A stretch of 64,000 nucleotides of DNA, taken from IMG/VR virus record IMGVR_UViG_3300042891_002054; one strand, written 5' to 3'. The notes under the pieces were generated by a model. That model ran no database searches, was not told the DNA's origin, and was given only the letters and a program-made list of their open reading frames with translations. This DNA comes from a virus (Duplodnaviria; Heunggongvirae; Uroviricota; Caudoviricetes). Within the stretch, counting starts at the first letter, position 1, and each line of letters begins with the position of its first letter. Made by a program: the position numbers and the translations under genes. Shown here piece after piece: positions 16,903-27,634 of the stretch.

Positions 16903-17975
16903 GTTTATTAGAAAAATTACAAAAAGCAGGCACAATAAAACAAGCTGCAGTTCTAGCTAATTCCCCATTCTTTAATGCAAAAGATTGTATTCAAACCAAT
17001 CTACCAATTTTAAATGTTGCTTTTTCTGGATCATTATCTGGAGGTTTAGTTCCTGGTCTTACAGTTTTTGCTGGTGCTTCAAAATCATTTAAAACTCTTC
17101 TAGGGTTATATTGTATGAAAGCATATTTCGACAAATACCCTGATGCAGTTGCTTTAGTTTATGATTCTGAATTTGGTATTACGCCAGAATATCTTGCTTC
17201 AAATGGTATTGATACATCTAGAGTTATCCATATCCCAATTGAACATATTGAAATGTTAAAATTTGATATTGTTAAGAGATTAGAAGAAATTAAACGAGGA
17301 GATAAAGTATTTGTTCTTGTTGATTCGTTGGGTGCATTAAGTTCGAAAAAAGAAGTTGAAGACGCATTAGATGAAAAATCAGTAACTGATATGACAAGAG
17401 CAAAAGCGATTCGATCTTTATTGAGAATTATTACTCCACATTTAACAATGAAAGATATTCCTTGCGTGGTAATAAATCATATCTACCAAACAATGGAGCT
17501 GTACTCTAAAGCTGTGGTTGGTGGCGGTACAGCAGTAATGTATTCTGCTAATCAAATTTTTATTATTTCTAAATCACAAGAAAAAGATGGTTCTGATTTA
17601 GTAGGGTGGAATTTTACTATTAATATCGAAAAGTCTCGATTTGTTAGAGAAAAAGCAAAATTACCATTTACTGTAAAATTTGAAGGCGGTATTTCAAAAT
17701 GGAGCGGTTTATTGGATATTGCTCTTGAATCTGGTCATATTGTTAAACCATCAAATGGTTGGTATTCTAAAGTAAATACTGAGACAGGCGAGATTGAAAC
17801 GAAAAAATATCGCCTTAAAGAAACTGAAAATAAAGAATTTTGGTCTAGTATTATTTTAGATCAATCTTTTGATTCTTGGGTTAAACAAAATTATCAAATT
17901 TCTAATGGATTATTAATGGATAATAGTATTTCAGATGAAATAATTTCTGAAGCATTTAGTGGTGAGGAAGAATAA
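16899..17975 (+). CDS. uvsX: RecA-like recombinase UvsX
   Basis: RecA fold with P-loop 'GASKSFKT' and an L2-like region. Size and position (between gene 43 and gene 41) match T4 uvsX. Confidence 0.85.
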   Translation: MSLLEKLQKAGTIKQAAVLANSPFFNAKDCIQTNLPILNVAFSGSLSGGLVPGLTVFAGASKSFKTLLGLYCMKAYFDKYPDAVALVYDSEFGITPEYLASNGIDTSRVIHIPIEHIEMLKFDIVKRLEEIKRGDKVFVLVDSLGALSSKKEVEDALDEKSVTDMTRAKAIRSLLRIITPHLTMKDIPCVVINHIYQTMELYSKAVVGGGTAVMYSANQIFIISKSQEKDGSDLVGWNFTINIEKSRFVREKAKLPFTVKFEGGISKWSGLLDIALESGHIVKPSNGWYSKVNTETGEIETKKYRLKETENKEFWSSIILDQSFDSWVKQNYQISNGLLMDNSISDEIISEAFSGEEE

Positions 17976-18177
17976 TATGAAATTGACATCAGATGAACAA
18001 TTATATTTGGGTGTTGTTGGGTTTTGCATTTTATTTATTGGATGGGGACTAGCTGCTTGGATTACTCATGTTATCACATGTATCCAAAACAGTGAATGGT
18101 TATTCTTGATTGCTGGAGCCATTGCGGTCCCAGTAGCTTGGGTTCACGGAACCGGAATTTGGTTTGGTATTTGGTAG
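17959..18177 (+). CDS. Small membrane protein (two TM helices), possibly gp40-like
   Basis: Hydrophobic segments 'LGVVGFCILFIGWGLAAWI' and 'LFLIAGAIAVPVAWV'. The position corresponds to T4 gene 40. Confidence 0.4.
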   Translation: MVRKNNMKLTSDEQLYLGVVGFCILFIGWGLAAWITHVITCIQNSEWLFLIAGAIAVPVAWVHGTGIWFGIW

Positions 18178-18186
18178 GAGAAAATA

Positions 18187-18507
18187 ATGGTTGACTATAA
18201 AGAAGAAATAGATTATAATTTTATTGAGGTTAACGGATTTGCTGGAATCAAGATTGCAGAAGTTCCATTTAAGGGTGTGATTTACACATACTCTAATGTA
18301 TCTATTGCTGAAGCTGAAGACACATCTGAAGAAGCCGTTTTGTCATTTAATTTTGATGTTATTGATTTAGCTGGGTGTACAGAAGAAGAAATACATACTG
18401 TAGAATTTAAATCTAAAATTGGTGATATTTTACTTTCAATATTGCAAAATAGTGTGGAGAATAAGGTTGAATCTGAACAAACTAATTTTGAAGAATCTTC
18501 ATTATAA
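18187..18507 (+). CDS. Hypothetical acidic protein
   Basis: 106-aa ORF. Confidence 0.35.
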   Translation: MVDYKEEIDYNFIEVNGFAGIKIAEVPFKGVIYTYSNVSIAEAEDTSEEAVLSFNFDVIDLAGCTEEEIHTVEFKSKIGDILLSILQNSVENKVESEQTNFEESSL

Positions 18508-19858
18508 TGAAGAATACACAAGAAAAGTATTACCATTTATAAAACCTGATTATTTTAAAGAAAGAAGTGAAAAAGTTATTTTTAATGAAATCTCTTCTTT
18601 CGTTACTGATTATGGGAATATACCAACGTATGAAGCGTTGGTAATTCAGTTAAGTGAAAAATCGTTATCTGATGATGAGTATACAGAAACTCTTGATGTT
18701 TTAAAAGAGTTTCATGAAACACGTGCAGAAACAGTAGATTTAGAATGGTTAGTTGACAAAACAGAAGGATTTTGTCAAGAAAAGGCGATTTATAATGCAG
18801 TTCTTGAATCTATATCAATTTTGGATAATTCCCACAAAGAATTATCCAAAGGTTCAATTCCTAAGTTATTATCTGATGCATTAGCAATATCTTTTGATTC
18901 TAGTGTTGGTCATGATTATTTAGATGATAGCGATTCTCGATATGATTATTATCATAGAACAGAAGAAAGAGTTCCATTCGCATTAAATTATTTTAATAAA
19001 ATTACTAATAATGGTTTACCGAAAAAAACTTTAAATGTTATTCTTGCTCCTCCTCATGGAGGCAAAAGTTTAATGATGTGTGATTGGGCAGCAAGTTTTC
19101 AACAAGGTGGTAATAATGTCTTGTATATAACTTGTGAGATGGCTGAAGAAGAAATTGCGAAACGTATTGATGCTAATCTTCTTAGAATATCAATGGATGA
19201 ATTGATGACTATGGATAAACCATCTTATGAAAAAAAGATGAAGTATCTTAAGTCTAAAACTGTTGGAAAATTATTTGTCAAAGAATATCCAACAGCAGCA
19301 GCAAATGTAAATCATTTTAGAACTTTATTGAATGAGTTACGATTAAAAAAGAATTTTGTTCCGGATGTAGTATTTGTTGATTATCTTAATATTTGCGCTA
19401 GTTCTAGAATGAAAATGTCAGGTGGTGTTAATTCCTATACATATATTAAAGCAATTGGTGAAGAATTGCGCGGTTTTGCTCAAGAATTTAATCTTCCTGT
19501 GGTTACAGCAACACAAACAACTCGTAGTGGTGCAGCATCTAGTGATATTGATATGAACGATGTTTCTGAATCGTTTGGTATTCCAGCTATTGCTGATTTT
19601 ATGGTTGCTATTATCAATAGTGAAGAATTGTATGAGTTAAACCAAATAATGGTTAAACAATTAAAAAATCGTTATAGAGATTTGAATCTTAATAAAAGAT
19701 TTGTTATTGGTGTTGATAGAGCAAAGATGAGATTATATGATGTTGAAGATTCAGCTCAAGATGGTATTGTTGATGCTGGTGAAAAACAAGAAGAATCATA
19801 TAAATCGACTTTTGGTAAAAAATTAGAAAAAAAATCTTTTGATGGGTTTAAGGTATAA
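18419..19858 (+). CDS. 41: Replicative DnaB-like helicase gp41 (true start uncertain, likely internal/non-ATG near 18470-18490)
   Basis: Walker A 'APPHGGKSLMM' and a RecA-like core. The N-terminal region aligns with T4 gp41 from about 'LKNLHYNEEY'. The listed ATG at 18419 overlaps the upstream gene by about 90 nt, and the only in-frame candidate starts near the homologous N-terminus are TTG/ATT/CTG. Confidence 0.85.
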   Translation: MVIFYFQYCKIVWRIRLNLNKLILKNLHYNEEYTRKVLPFIKPDYFKERSEKVIFNEISSFVTDYGNIPTYEALVIQLSEKSLSDDEYTETLDVLKEFHETRAETVDLEWLVDKTEGFCQEKAIYNAVLESISILDNSHKELSKGSIPKLLSDALAISFDSSVGHDYLDDSDSRYDYYHRTEERVPFALNYFNKITNNGLPKKTLNVILAPPHGGKSLMMCDWAASFQQGGNNVLYITCEMAEEEIAKRIDANLLRISMDELMTMDKPSYEKKMKYLKSKTVGKLFVKEYPTAAANVNHFRTLLNELRLKKNFVPDVVFVDYLNICASSRMKMSGGVNSYTYIKAIGEELRGFAQEFNLPVVTATQTTRSGAASSDIDMNDVSESFGIPAIADFMVAIINSEELYELNQIMVKQLKNRYRDLNLNKRFVIGVDRAKMRLYDVEDSAQDGIVDAGEKQEESYKSTFGKKLEKKSFDGFKV

Positions 19859-19859
19859 T

Positions 19860-20573
19860 ATGAAAAGTGCAGTTGTAATAGTCCCAACAACAGGGGCTAA
19901 AACCTTGAAAAAAACGATCGAGAGCATTGCTAGGCAGTCATATACAAATTTAACAGCCCTTGTTGTTATTGATGGGAAAGAACATCGTAGCAAGGTCGAG
20001 AGGATCCTTGTTAGAAATTTATCGAACCTAGATACTCAAGTTGTTTGTCTATCTGATAATGTTGGAGCTAATGGGTTTTATGGACATAGAGTCTATGCTG
20101 GTTTTTCTCATTTAGTGAATCATGATTATGTGTTCTTTTTAGATCAAGATTGTTGGTTAGAACCGACTCATATTGAATCTATGATCAACTCATTAGAAAC
20201 CAGTAATAGTGATTGGGTTTATAGTTTACGCAATATTACTGATAAAGAAGGTAATTTTTTGTGTTACGATGATTGTGAAAGTTTAGGTAAATGGGAAGCC
20301 TGGACTAATACATATCATATAGACACTAATTGTTATTGTTTGAAAAGACAAGTTGCAGTTGCAATTGCTGGAGCATGGCATGGTGGTTGGGGGCAAGACA
20401 GAGTTGTGCGTCAAGCTTTAGCTCAATATTTCCCGAAATATGAATGTACTGGTAAATATACAGTAAATTATAGGTTAGATGGTAATGAGGGTTCAGTAAC
20501 AAAAGAATTTTTTGAACATGGTAATTATAAAATGGCTCAAAAATATGATGGAAATTTTCCTTGGAGGGTGTGA
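19860..20573 (+). CDS. Family 2 glycosyltransferase (GT-A)
   Basis: 'AVVIVPTTGAKTLKKTIESIARQSYTNL' is the typical GT2 N-terminus, plus 'FLDQDC' (DxD). The ATG at 19860 immediately follows the gene 41 stop. Confidence 0.7.
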   Translation: MKSAVVIVPTTGAKTLKKTIESIARQSYTNLTALVVIDGKEHRSKVERILVRNLSNLDTQVVCLSDNVGANGFYGHRVYAGFSHLVNHDYVFFLDQDCWLEPTHIESMINSLETSNSDWVYSLRNITDKEGNFLCYDDCESLGKWEAWTNTYHIDTNCYCLKRQVAVAIAGAWHGGWGQDRVVRQALAQYFPKYECTGKYTVNYRLDGNEGSVTKEFFEHGNYKMAQKYDGNFPWRV

Positions 20574-20938
20574 TGCAAATTGTTGAAAAGTTGTGGGGGT
20601 ATGAGAAAATTATTGTTAATACTGATTTATATTGTGGTAAGGTAATTCATATCAATAAAGGTCATATTGGTTCATTTCATTATCATGCAGTTAAAGATGA
20701 AACTTTTTATTTGCAAAGCGGTAATGTTAAGTTAAAGTATTCTGATTCAGATGATTACGAGAATAGTAAAGAAATTACTCTTTTACCTGGAGATGCATTT
20801 AGAATTTATCCTGGATTACGTCATCAAATAATTGGTTTACAGGATTCAGATATTATTGAATTTTCTACACATGATAAAAATGAAGATTCATATAGAGTTA
20901 TTTCTAGCGAAAAATTTATAGGAAATTATAATGAGTAA
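20561..20938 (+). CDS. Cupin-domain protein (possible sugar keto-isomerase/epimerase)
   Basis: Cupin motifs 'GSFHYHAVKDETFYLQSG' and 'GDAFRIYPGLRHQII'. Confidence 0.5.
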   Translation: MEGVMQIVEKLWGYEKIIVNTDLYCGKVIHINKGHIGSFHYHAVKDETFYLQSGNVKLKYSDSDDYENSKEITLLPGDAFRIYPGLRHQIIGLQDSDIIEFSTHDKNEDSYRVISSEKFIGNYNE

Positions 20939-21272
20939 AGTAACAATTGAATGTGATGTTGGTAATATTAGTGATGGTTATCATACATTTAATGAATTAT
21001 ATGCACATAGGTGTTCATTATTTGCAGGATTAATGAAATCACATAAAAATCTTGCATGGAAAAGTTTAGTTCATAATGATGGGGCTAGTTATGATGGTTG
21101 GTTTATTGCTGGTATGAATTTGCCAACAGGAACTATTACCTATCACCTTCCATACAACGAATTTTGGAATTCAACTTCAGATATCCTTGAATTAGAGGTT
21201 GCTCCTGAATGGGACGGGCATACATCAGAAGATGTTATTAAAAGAATTATAAGTTGGGTTGCCACACTATGA
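20931..21272 (+). CDS. Hypothetical protein
   Basis: ORF within the glycan island. Confidence 0.35.
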   Translation: MSKVTIECDVGNISDGYHTFNELYAHRCSLFAGLMKSHKNLAWKSLVHNDGASYDGWFIAGMNLPTGTITYHLPYNEFWNSTSDILELEVAPEWDGHTSEDVIKRIISWVATL

Positions 21273-21946
21273 AATTTGAAATTAATTCTCTCTATTGGGA
21301 TAATGGTAAACATTTAGTTAAATCTCATACACAAGTTATGAATCATTTTAACTTGCCTATAAATTATTATAATTTAAATGGTGTACATCATGGTTTATGG
21401 ATGAATTATGTATTAGAAAATTCAACTTCAGATATTGTGGGATTTATTGAAAATGATTGTGTTCCGTTAAACAGAGAAATTGTTGATTATTCTATTGACT
21501 ACGTTTCAAAATCCGGAACGTTTATTGGTTGTGCTCAAGTAGCTAATCATATTCCACCATTTAATCATATCTATGCTGCTCCTTGTTTTTATTTTATATC
21601 TCGAGAATTTTGGAATAATTTGGGAAAACCAAGTTTCTTAGAAACTCCGAGATCTGATGTTGCTGAAGAAATTTCTAGATTAGCTGATGAAAGAAAACTA
21701 ATGTATAAAGCATTATACCCAACACAATTTGAGCGATCTCCAGAAGAAGGAATTTGGAAATTGAGTAATTATGGATATTATGGTATAGGAACTGTTTTTG
21801 CTGATAGTGTTTATCACCTATATCAAGGTAGATCTCAACAAAATGCTGATCTATATAAAATAAGATGTGACCAAATAATTAATGGAACTTTTACTACAGA
21901 AAATTTTTATTCTAGCACAGAATATTACAATGGAAAGGTATTTTGA
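21254..21946 (+). CDS. Hypothetical protein (possible GT-A-like)
   Basis: An 'IENDCVP' DxD-like motif. The call is weak. Confidence 0.3.
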   Translation: MGCHTMKFEINSLYWDNGKHLVKSHTQVMNHFNLPINYYNLNGVHHGLWMNYVLENSTSDIVGFIENDCVPLNREIVDYSIDYVSKSGTFIGCAQVANHIPPFNHIYAAPCFYFISREFWNNLGKPSFLETPRSDVAEEISRLADERKLMYKALYPTQFERSPEEGIWKLSNYGYYGIGTVFADSVYHLYQGRSQQNADLYKIRCDQIINGTFTTENFYSSTEYYNGKVF

Positions 21947-22656
21947 TGATTATTAATATTCAACAAAAAGATTTTGGTGGAAGAATTCGAAGCGGTGATA
22001 TTTTAGGGGTTTGTAATTTACTAGAACATATAAGGATTATTCTGAATAATCCTTATATTAAAATTTATCTCCCTGATGAATCTATTGAAGATAGTTCTTC
22101 AGTAAAGAAATTTAGAGAATTTTTAAAGGAACATACTGATTATTTTTCTGATATTGCTGGTGATCAATATTTTCAATTCGAAAAATTTAATGTCTGGGAT
22201 TATAGATCAATTTCCGGCGATCTAGTCCAAGTTGATAATACAAAATATAAGAAAGAAGATAAAATTTGTATTTTTCCATTATTTGATGCACAATATAATA
22301 TTTATAGGAATTGGAGCATTGATTTAATGAAAACAATTATTCAATATTATCAACAAAATTTTAAAGGACGTATTATTGTTTGTACTCACGAAGATCAAAA
22401 AGATTTTATTGAAAGAAATTTCCTTGGATTAGAATATTCGTATGATTATGATGAAAATATACAACATTTGATTACGTGTAAATATTTTGCTGGTGGTGAT
22501 ACTGGAACGAGTCATTTAGCTGGATCATTAATTAATAGACCTAAGAATTTATTTTTCTATTCAGCTCAAGAAATTTTTCACACATTTCCTTTGAATTTTA
22601 AAGAGAATGAGATGGTAATGTATAGCGCATTTGGGTGTAAAATAAATGTTAGATAA
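21943..22656 (+). CDS. GT9-like (heptosyltransferase family) glycosyltransferase, short
   Basis: C-terminal 'GGDTGTSHLAGSLINRPKNLFF' resembles the GT9 donor-binding motif (nDsGpmHlAaA.g.P.v.lFG). Confidence 0.45.
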   Translation: MMIINIQQKDFGGRIRSGDILGVCNLLEHIRIILNNPYIKIYLPDESIEDSSSVKKFREFLKEHTDYFSDIAGDQYFQFEKFNVWDYRSISGDLVQVDNTKYKKEDKICIFPLFDAQYNIYRNWSIDLMKTIIQYYQQNFKGRIIVCTHEDQKDFIERNFLGLEYSYDYDENIQHLITCKYFAGGDTGTSHLAGSLINRPKNLFFYSAQEIFHTFPLNFKENEMVMYSAFGCKINVR

Positions 22657-23278
22657 TTATAAAATGTATGACGATGGTAGAGTAAGACAAATTGAAACAA
22701 AACCTTTTGTTTACGATTATTCTTATTCTGATATTTACAATTCCGAACAATATAAATTAAATTCAAAATTAATTTCATATTTAAGATATGGTTATATTGT
22801 TGGAAGTATTGGTAGAACTCCAACTTCAATTTTAGACGTTGGTTATGGTAATGGAGAATTTCTTTTAGCTGCATCAAATCAAGTTATAGATTGTTTTGGA
22901 TATGACGTTTCTGATTATCCAATACCGGATGGAATTCAACGAAGTCCAAGTATGTTTGATAGAAAATATGATGTTATTACATTTTTCGATTCTTTAGAAC
23001 ATTTTCCTGATATTGATTTTGTTAAAGAATTAAAGTGTAATTTTGTTTGTATTTCTGTTCCTAATTGTTTTTATTTTAGTGATGAATGGTTTGATAATTG
23101 GAAACATAGAAAACCAGATGAACATATTTGGCATTTTAATTATCAGGCATTAGTTGGTTTTATGGGTGCTAATGGTTATTGGTTAGTAAATTCAACTGAT
23201 GTTGAAGATACTATAAGAAAAAATAACCAACCATATTCAAATATTTTAACTTGTGTATTTAAGAAAAATTATGATTGA
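22646..23278 (+). CDS. Class I SAM-dependent methyltransferase
   Basis: Motif I 'ILDVGYGNGEF' and motif II-like 'YDVITFFDSLEH'. Confidence 0.65.
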   Translation: MLDNYKMYDDGRVRQIETKPFVYDYSYSDIYNSEQYKLNSKLISYLRYGYIVGSIGRTPTSILDVGYGNGEFLLAASNQVIDCFGYDVSDYPIPDGIQRSPSMFDRKYDVITFFDSLEHFPDIDFVKELKCNFVCISVPNCFYFSDEWFDNWKHRKPDEHIWHFNYQALVGFMGANGYWLVNSTDVEDTIRKNNQPYSNILTCVFKKNYD

Positions 23279-23936
23279 AAATATTGTTATCGTTCCATCT
23301 GCAATTGGAGCAAGAATTGGTGTTATTGATATTAAAGATAGATTTACTCAAACTCTTGAGGGGTTAAAATCTATTAGAGAACGAATACCAAATTCTTATA
23401 TAATTTTTTGTGATTGTTCATTGGAATCAACTGGTGGTGACGCTGGTGTAATCTTACCATTAGTTGATCAATATTTTGATTTTGCTCAACATGAACAAGT
23501 TCGTCAATTTAGTATGTATGGGATGAAATCTCATGGTGAATTGGTAATGTTTGTTTCTGCAATTCAATTTGCTTTAGCTAATATTGATATGTCATCAGTT
23601 GATAGAATTTTCAAATTGGGTGGAAGAGGTATTTTAAACGATCAGTTTGATATTGAAAAATATAAGGAAGCTAAAGGTAAATATGTTTTCAAAACTCCAT
23701 CAGATTCATGGATGGGTAATGGTATGAAAATTTACGAAACCAGAATGTATTCTTTACATAAAGATAATATTGATGATTATTTCAAAAAATTTGATAATAT
23801 TATTGGTTCTTGTGAAGGTGGGTTTCAATCAGAACATTCTCATTACAAATGTTTAGATCCTGATATGGTTTATCCTTTTGAAACATTAGGGTTACAGTAC
23901 GTTGTATCATCAACAGGTCAAACTGCATACGATTAA
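23253..23936 (+). CDS. Hypothetical protein
   Basis: ORF within the glycan island. Confidence 0.35.
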   Translation: MYLRKIMIENIVIVPSAIGARIGVIDIKDRFTQTLEGLKSIRERIPNSYIIFCDCSLESTGGDAGVILPLVDQYFDFAQHEQVRQFSMYGMKSHGELVMFVSAIQFALANIDMSSVDRIFKLGGRGILNDQFDIEKYKEAKGKYVFKTPSDSWMGNGMKIYETRMYSLHKDNIDDYFKKFDNIIGSCEGGFQSEHSHYKCLDPDMVYPFETLGLQYVVSSTGQTAYD

Positions 23937-23938
23937 TT

Positions 23939-24742
23939 ATGAAAAATATTTTAATAGTTGGTGGAAGTTTTGTTGGAAGTCATCTATTCAATCCTGATAT
24001 TAATTTTAACTATGAATTAGTTTCTCATAGAAATGTTAATAGTGTTGATTTCAATAAATTTGATATTGTTATCAATACAGCATTATCTCCTTCCTACCGA
24101 GATAGTAAATATCATCGGTCTTTTGATATTGATGTACAACTTGCTGAGCGAGCAAATTTAGCTGGTTGTTATTATGTTATGTTATCATCAAGAAAGGTTT
24201 ATGGTAATTCAAAAGAATTAAAAACTTTTGTTGAAACTGATCCATATAATCCATTTGATTTTTATAGTGAAAATAAAGCAATAACAGAACAACATCTATT
24301 ACAAAATTTTGAAAATGTTTGTATTATAAGGGGTTCTAATTTTTTTGGTTTTGAGCCCTATAGAACTTCATTTTTTGGTTTTTGTTTAACAAATTTATTA
24401 GAACAAAATAAAATTGAATTCAATTTGAATAAAAATATTGTTAGAGATTTCATTTATATTGATGATGTTGTATATCTTTTAAATGCAATTTTTAAAATTG
24501 AACCAAAGGGTATTTTTAATCTTGGTTTAAATAAAGGTTTTACTGTAAAAGATATTGCGGATAATTTGATAATGGGATATGGTTCTGGTATTTTTATCGG
24601 AAGTGATAATCTTCCATTTGATCAACAATTTATTTTAAACACAAATAAGTTATATAAAACTATTGATTTTACTCCAAACTATATAGATTATGAGAATACT
24701 ATAAAAAGTGTTGGTTGGAAATTGAAGAATTTAAAAGGATAG
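23939..24742 (+). CDS. NAD(P)-dependent reductase/epimerase, RmlD-like (dTDP-4-dehydrorhamnose reductase candidate)
   Basis: N-terminal Rossmann 'ILIVGGSFVGSHL' and catalytic 'YSENK' (YxxxK). The 267-aa size fits RmlD. Confidence 0.5.
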   Translation: MKNILIVGGSFVGSHLFNPDINFNYELVSHRNVNSVDFNKFDIVINTALSPSYRDSKYHRSFDIDVQLAERANLAGCYYVMLSSRKVYGNSKELKTFVETDPYNPFDFYSENKAITEQHLLQNFENVCIIRGSNFFGFEPYRTSFFGFCLTNLLEQNKIEFNLNKNIVRDFIYIDDVVYLLNAIFKIEPKGIFNLGLNKGFTVKDIADNLIMGYGSGIFIGSDNLPFDQQFILNTNKLYKTIDFTPNYIDYENTIKSVGWKLKNLKG

Positions 24743-25560
24743 TTATGTTAACAATTGTAACAGAATGGTTTGATTTAGAAAGAAGTAAATGGGAAGGTGT
24801 TAGAAATAATCGTATGATCCCTCCATTTATTAAAAGAAGTAGAGATGATTATTTCAAGTATTTTAATAATTTATGTGAAATTAGAAACCCTATCATAATT
24901 TATACGGAACCTCATTTAGTTGAAGAATTTACAGAAATCGGTAAAGTGCATAATGCTGATTTAACTGTTATTCCTTATGATTTTTTTGGAAGTTTTACTG
25001 ATATCAGGGATAAAATTATTAATATAATGAATTCTGAACAATTCATTAATTTTGTTCAAGACCCTTCATTACCTGAATATTGGAATGAAAATTATGTTTT
25101 GGTAAATTTCTTAAAAACTATTCTAGTAAAGAAAAGTTATGATGATGGTTTAATTCCTGATGATGTAGCTGCAGCTTGGATTGATTTTGGTTATGTTAGA
25201 GATAAAGATAGATTTCCTGTGACAGAAAATTTTAGCTGGAAATATGATGCATTTAATGATGATAAAATTCATCTATTCCAAATTAAAGATATTGATCAAA
25301 CAACAAATATTATGGATACATTAAAATATAATATTGTGTATTTTCAAGGTTGCCATGCTGTATCAAACAAATATGGTTGGGACAAATATCAAAAAATTAT
25401 GGAATTAAGTTTACATGAATTATTAATTAATAATTTGGTGGATGATGATCAAACATTAATGTTAATGTCATATTTAAAATTTCCAAGTTTCTTTACACCA
25501 CATAAACTTGATCCAAATAAAGATGGTTGGTTTGTTATCTTTAAGGAATTTTACGAATGA
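24715..25560 (+). CDS. Hypothetical protein
   Basis: ORF within the glycan island. Confidence 0.35.
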   Translation: MEIEEFKRIVMLTIVTEWFDLERSKWEGVRNNRMIPPFIKRSRDDYFKYFNNLCEIRNPIIIYTEPHLVEEFTEIGKVHNADLTVIPYDFFGSFTDIRDKIINIMNSEQFINFVQDPSLPEYWNENYVLVNFLKTILVKKSYDDGLIPDDVAAAWIDFGYVRDKDRFPVTENFSWKYDAFNDDKIHLFQIKDIDQTTNIMDTLKYNIVYFQGCHAVSNKYGWDKYQKIMELSLHELLINNLVDDDQTLMLMSYLKFPSFFTPHKLDPNKDGWFVIFKEFYE

Positions 25561-26264
25561 TTTTATATGCAGATGTCGGGACAGCAAACCTAGGAGATTT
25601 TACAAATTCATTACCTGTGCTATCTGGGTTGTATAAAAACTATGGAAAGATATCTTTAATTATTCAAGATGAAATGTTGAAATTTAATGGTATCAAAGAA
25701 TTTCTTTTAGCGCAAGAAATGTTTGATGTTGTTGCTTTTAAATCAGAAGTTCAATCTGTTACTGGTAATGTATTTGCTTTTAATTCTTGGGTCCAAGAAA
25801 AGAAATTAAATGACATTAGACCTATAGAAACTTGTAGGTATGAAATATTATTTAAAGAACGATATGGATTCGATTTTGAAACTGATGATAATTTTGTATT
25901 AACTGTTCCTGACCAAACAGTTGAACAAATTTCCAATCAACTTGTTGGTGATAGATGCGTTTCTACTACATCCGATAAACGCAGAAAATGTGGTTTATTA
26001 GAAGAATCAAATAAATTTAATGATCATTTATTTTTAGATTACACTAAACCAATTTTATATAATCTAAATTTAATAAAGAACTCTAAATACACATTTATTA
26101 CTACTGTAACTGGAATATCGGTTTTAGTAGATTTGATGAACCTAGAACAAAATATATATTATGAGGATGAGATGATTAATTGGGATAATAGATCTAGTAT
26201 TCAAGATACATTTGATCGTCATTATTATAAAAATAGACATTCTACCTTGGTACATTTAACATGA
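25557..26264 (+). CDS. Hypothetical protein
   Basis: ORF within the glycan island. Confidence 0.35.
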   Translation: MILYADVGTANLGDFTNSLPVLSGLYKNYGKISLIIQDEMLKFNGIKEFLLAQEMFDVVAFKSEVQSVTGNVFAFNSWVQEKKLNDIRPIETCRYEILFKERYGFDFETDDNFVLTVPDQTVEQISNQLVGDRCVSTTSDKRRKCGLLEESNKFNDHLFLDYTKPILYNLNLIKNSKYTFITTVTGISVLVDLMNLEQNIYYEDEMINWDNRSSIQDTFDRHYYKNRHSTLVHLT

Positions 26265-27634
26265 TAAAATTAATTATATTTGATTTAGATGGAGTTTTAC
26301 TTGAATCTAAAGATTGGCATTATGATGCGTTAAATTCTGCTCTAGAAAAAATTGATCCAATGTATCGTATTTCATACGATGAACATCTAACGAAATATGA
26401 CGGTCTTAATACAACAAAAAAATTAGACTTACTTGCTGTTGAAAAGGGGTTAAATAAAAAATATTTTAATCAAGTTTGGCAAGACAAACAGAATGCTACG
26501 TTAGATATCATCAAAAAATTGGATGATGATTTAAAATTGATTGACATATTTTCCAAATTAAAACATCAAGGATATAAAATTGCTGTTGCTTCTAATTCAA
26601 TTAGAGAAACTGTAAAATTATCTTTGTTGATGATTGGTGTATTGGAATTTGTTGATTATTTTGTTAGTAATGAAGATGTAAAACGAGCAAAACCATTTCC
26701 GGAAATGTATTGGAAATGTATGACTGAACTTAATTGTATTCCGTTACAAACGCTTATTATTGAAGATAGTCATATAGGTCGTAAAGGTGCATTAGATTCT
26801 GGTGCATATCTATTGCCAGTTGAAAATCCACAAAATTTAACATTAAGTAAAATTGAATTAAAGTTAAAGGAACTTAATAATATGACTACTGAAAATACTA
26901 TTCCATGGATTGATAAAAAGTTAAATGTTCTTATTCCTATGGCTGGATTGGGTTCCCGATTTGCACAACAAGGTTATACTTTCCCTAAACCATTAATTGA
27001 CGTTAATGGTAAACCTATGATTCAGGTTGTGGTAGAAAATCTTAACATCGATGCTAATTATATTTTTCTTGTTCAACAAGAACATTATGAGAAATATAAT
27101 TTAAGGCATCTATTAAATTTAATTTCCCCTAACTGTACTATTATTCAAGTTGATGGTTTAACAGAGGGTGCTGCTTGTACAGCTTTATTGGCTAAAGAAT
27201 TTATTAATAATGATAATCCTTTATTAATTGCTAATAGTGATCAATATATTGAGTGGAATTCTAATGAAACTATGTATTCGTTTAGTAACGCGAAAATTGA
27301 TGGTGGTATGTTAGTTTTTGAATCAACTCACCCAAAATGGAGTTTTGCTAAGTTAGATTCTAGTGGCTATATAGAAAGGGTTGCAGAAAAAGATCCTATC
27401 TCAAATATTGCTTCAACAGGAATCTATTATTACACAAAAGGTTCTGATTTTGTTAAATATGCGGAACAAATGATTGAAAAAAATATTAGGGTTAATAATG
27501 AATTTTATATCTGCCCTGTATTTAATGAATTTGTAGAAAATAATAAATTGTTAACTGTAAAATATGTTAATAAGATGTATGGCATAGGGACTCCTGAAGA
27601 TTTAACTAATTTTTTAACTAAAAATATTTTATGA
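26261..27634 (+). CDS. Bifunctional HAD-family hydrolase/mutase + sugar-phosphate nucleotidyltransferase
   Basis: N-terminal HAD motif I 'IIFDLDGVLLES' and motif III 'VASNS'. The C-terminal domain carries 'KLNVLIPMAGLGSRFAQQGYTFPKPLIDVNGKPMIQ', the NTP-transferase (RmlA/DdhA-like) signature. Confidence 0.65.
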   Translation: MIKLIIFDLDGVLLESKDWHYDALNSALEKIDPMYRISYDEHLTKYDGLNTTKKLDLLAVEKGLNKKYFNQVWQDKQNATLDIIKKLDDDLKLIDIFSKLKHQGYKIAVASNSIRETVKLSLLMIGVLEFVDYFVSNEDVKRAKPFPEMYWKCMTELNCIPLQTLIIEDSHIGRKGALDSGAYLLPVENPQNLTLSKIELKLKELNNMTTENTIPWIDKKLNVLIPMAGLGSRFAQQGYTFPKPLIDVNGKPMIQVVVENLNIDANYIFLVQQEHYEKYNLRHLLNLISPNCTIIQVDGLTEGAACTALLAKEFINNDNPLLIANSDQYIEWNSNETMYSFSNAKIDGGMLVFESTHPKWSFAKLDSSGYIERVAEKDPISNIASTGIYYYTKGSDFVKYAEQMIEKNIRVNNEFYICPVFNEFVENNKLLTVKYVNKMYGIGTPEDLTNFLTKNIL

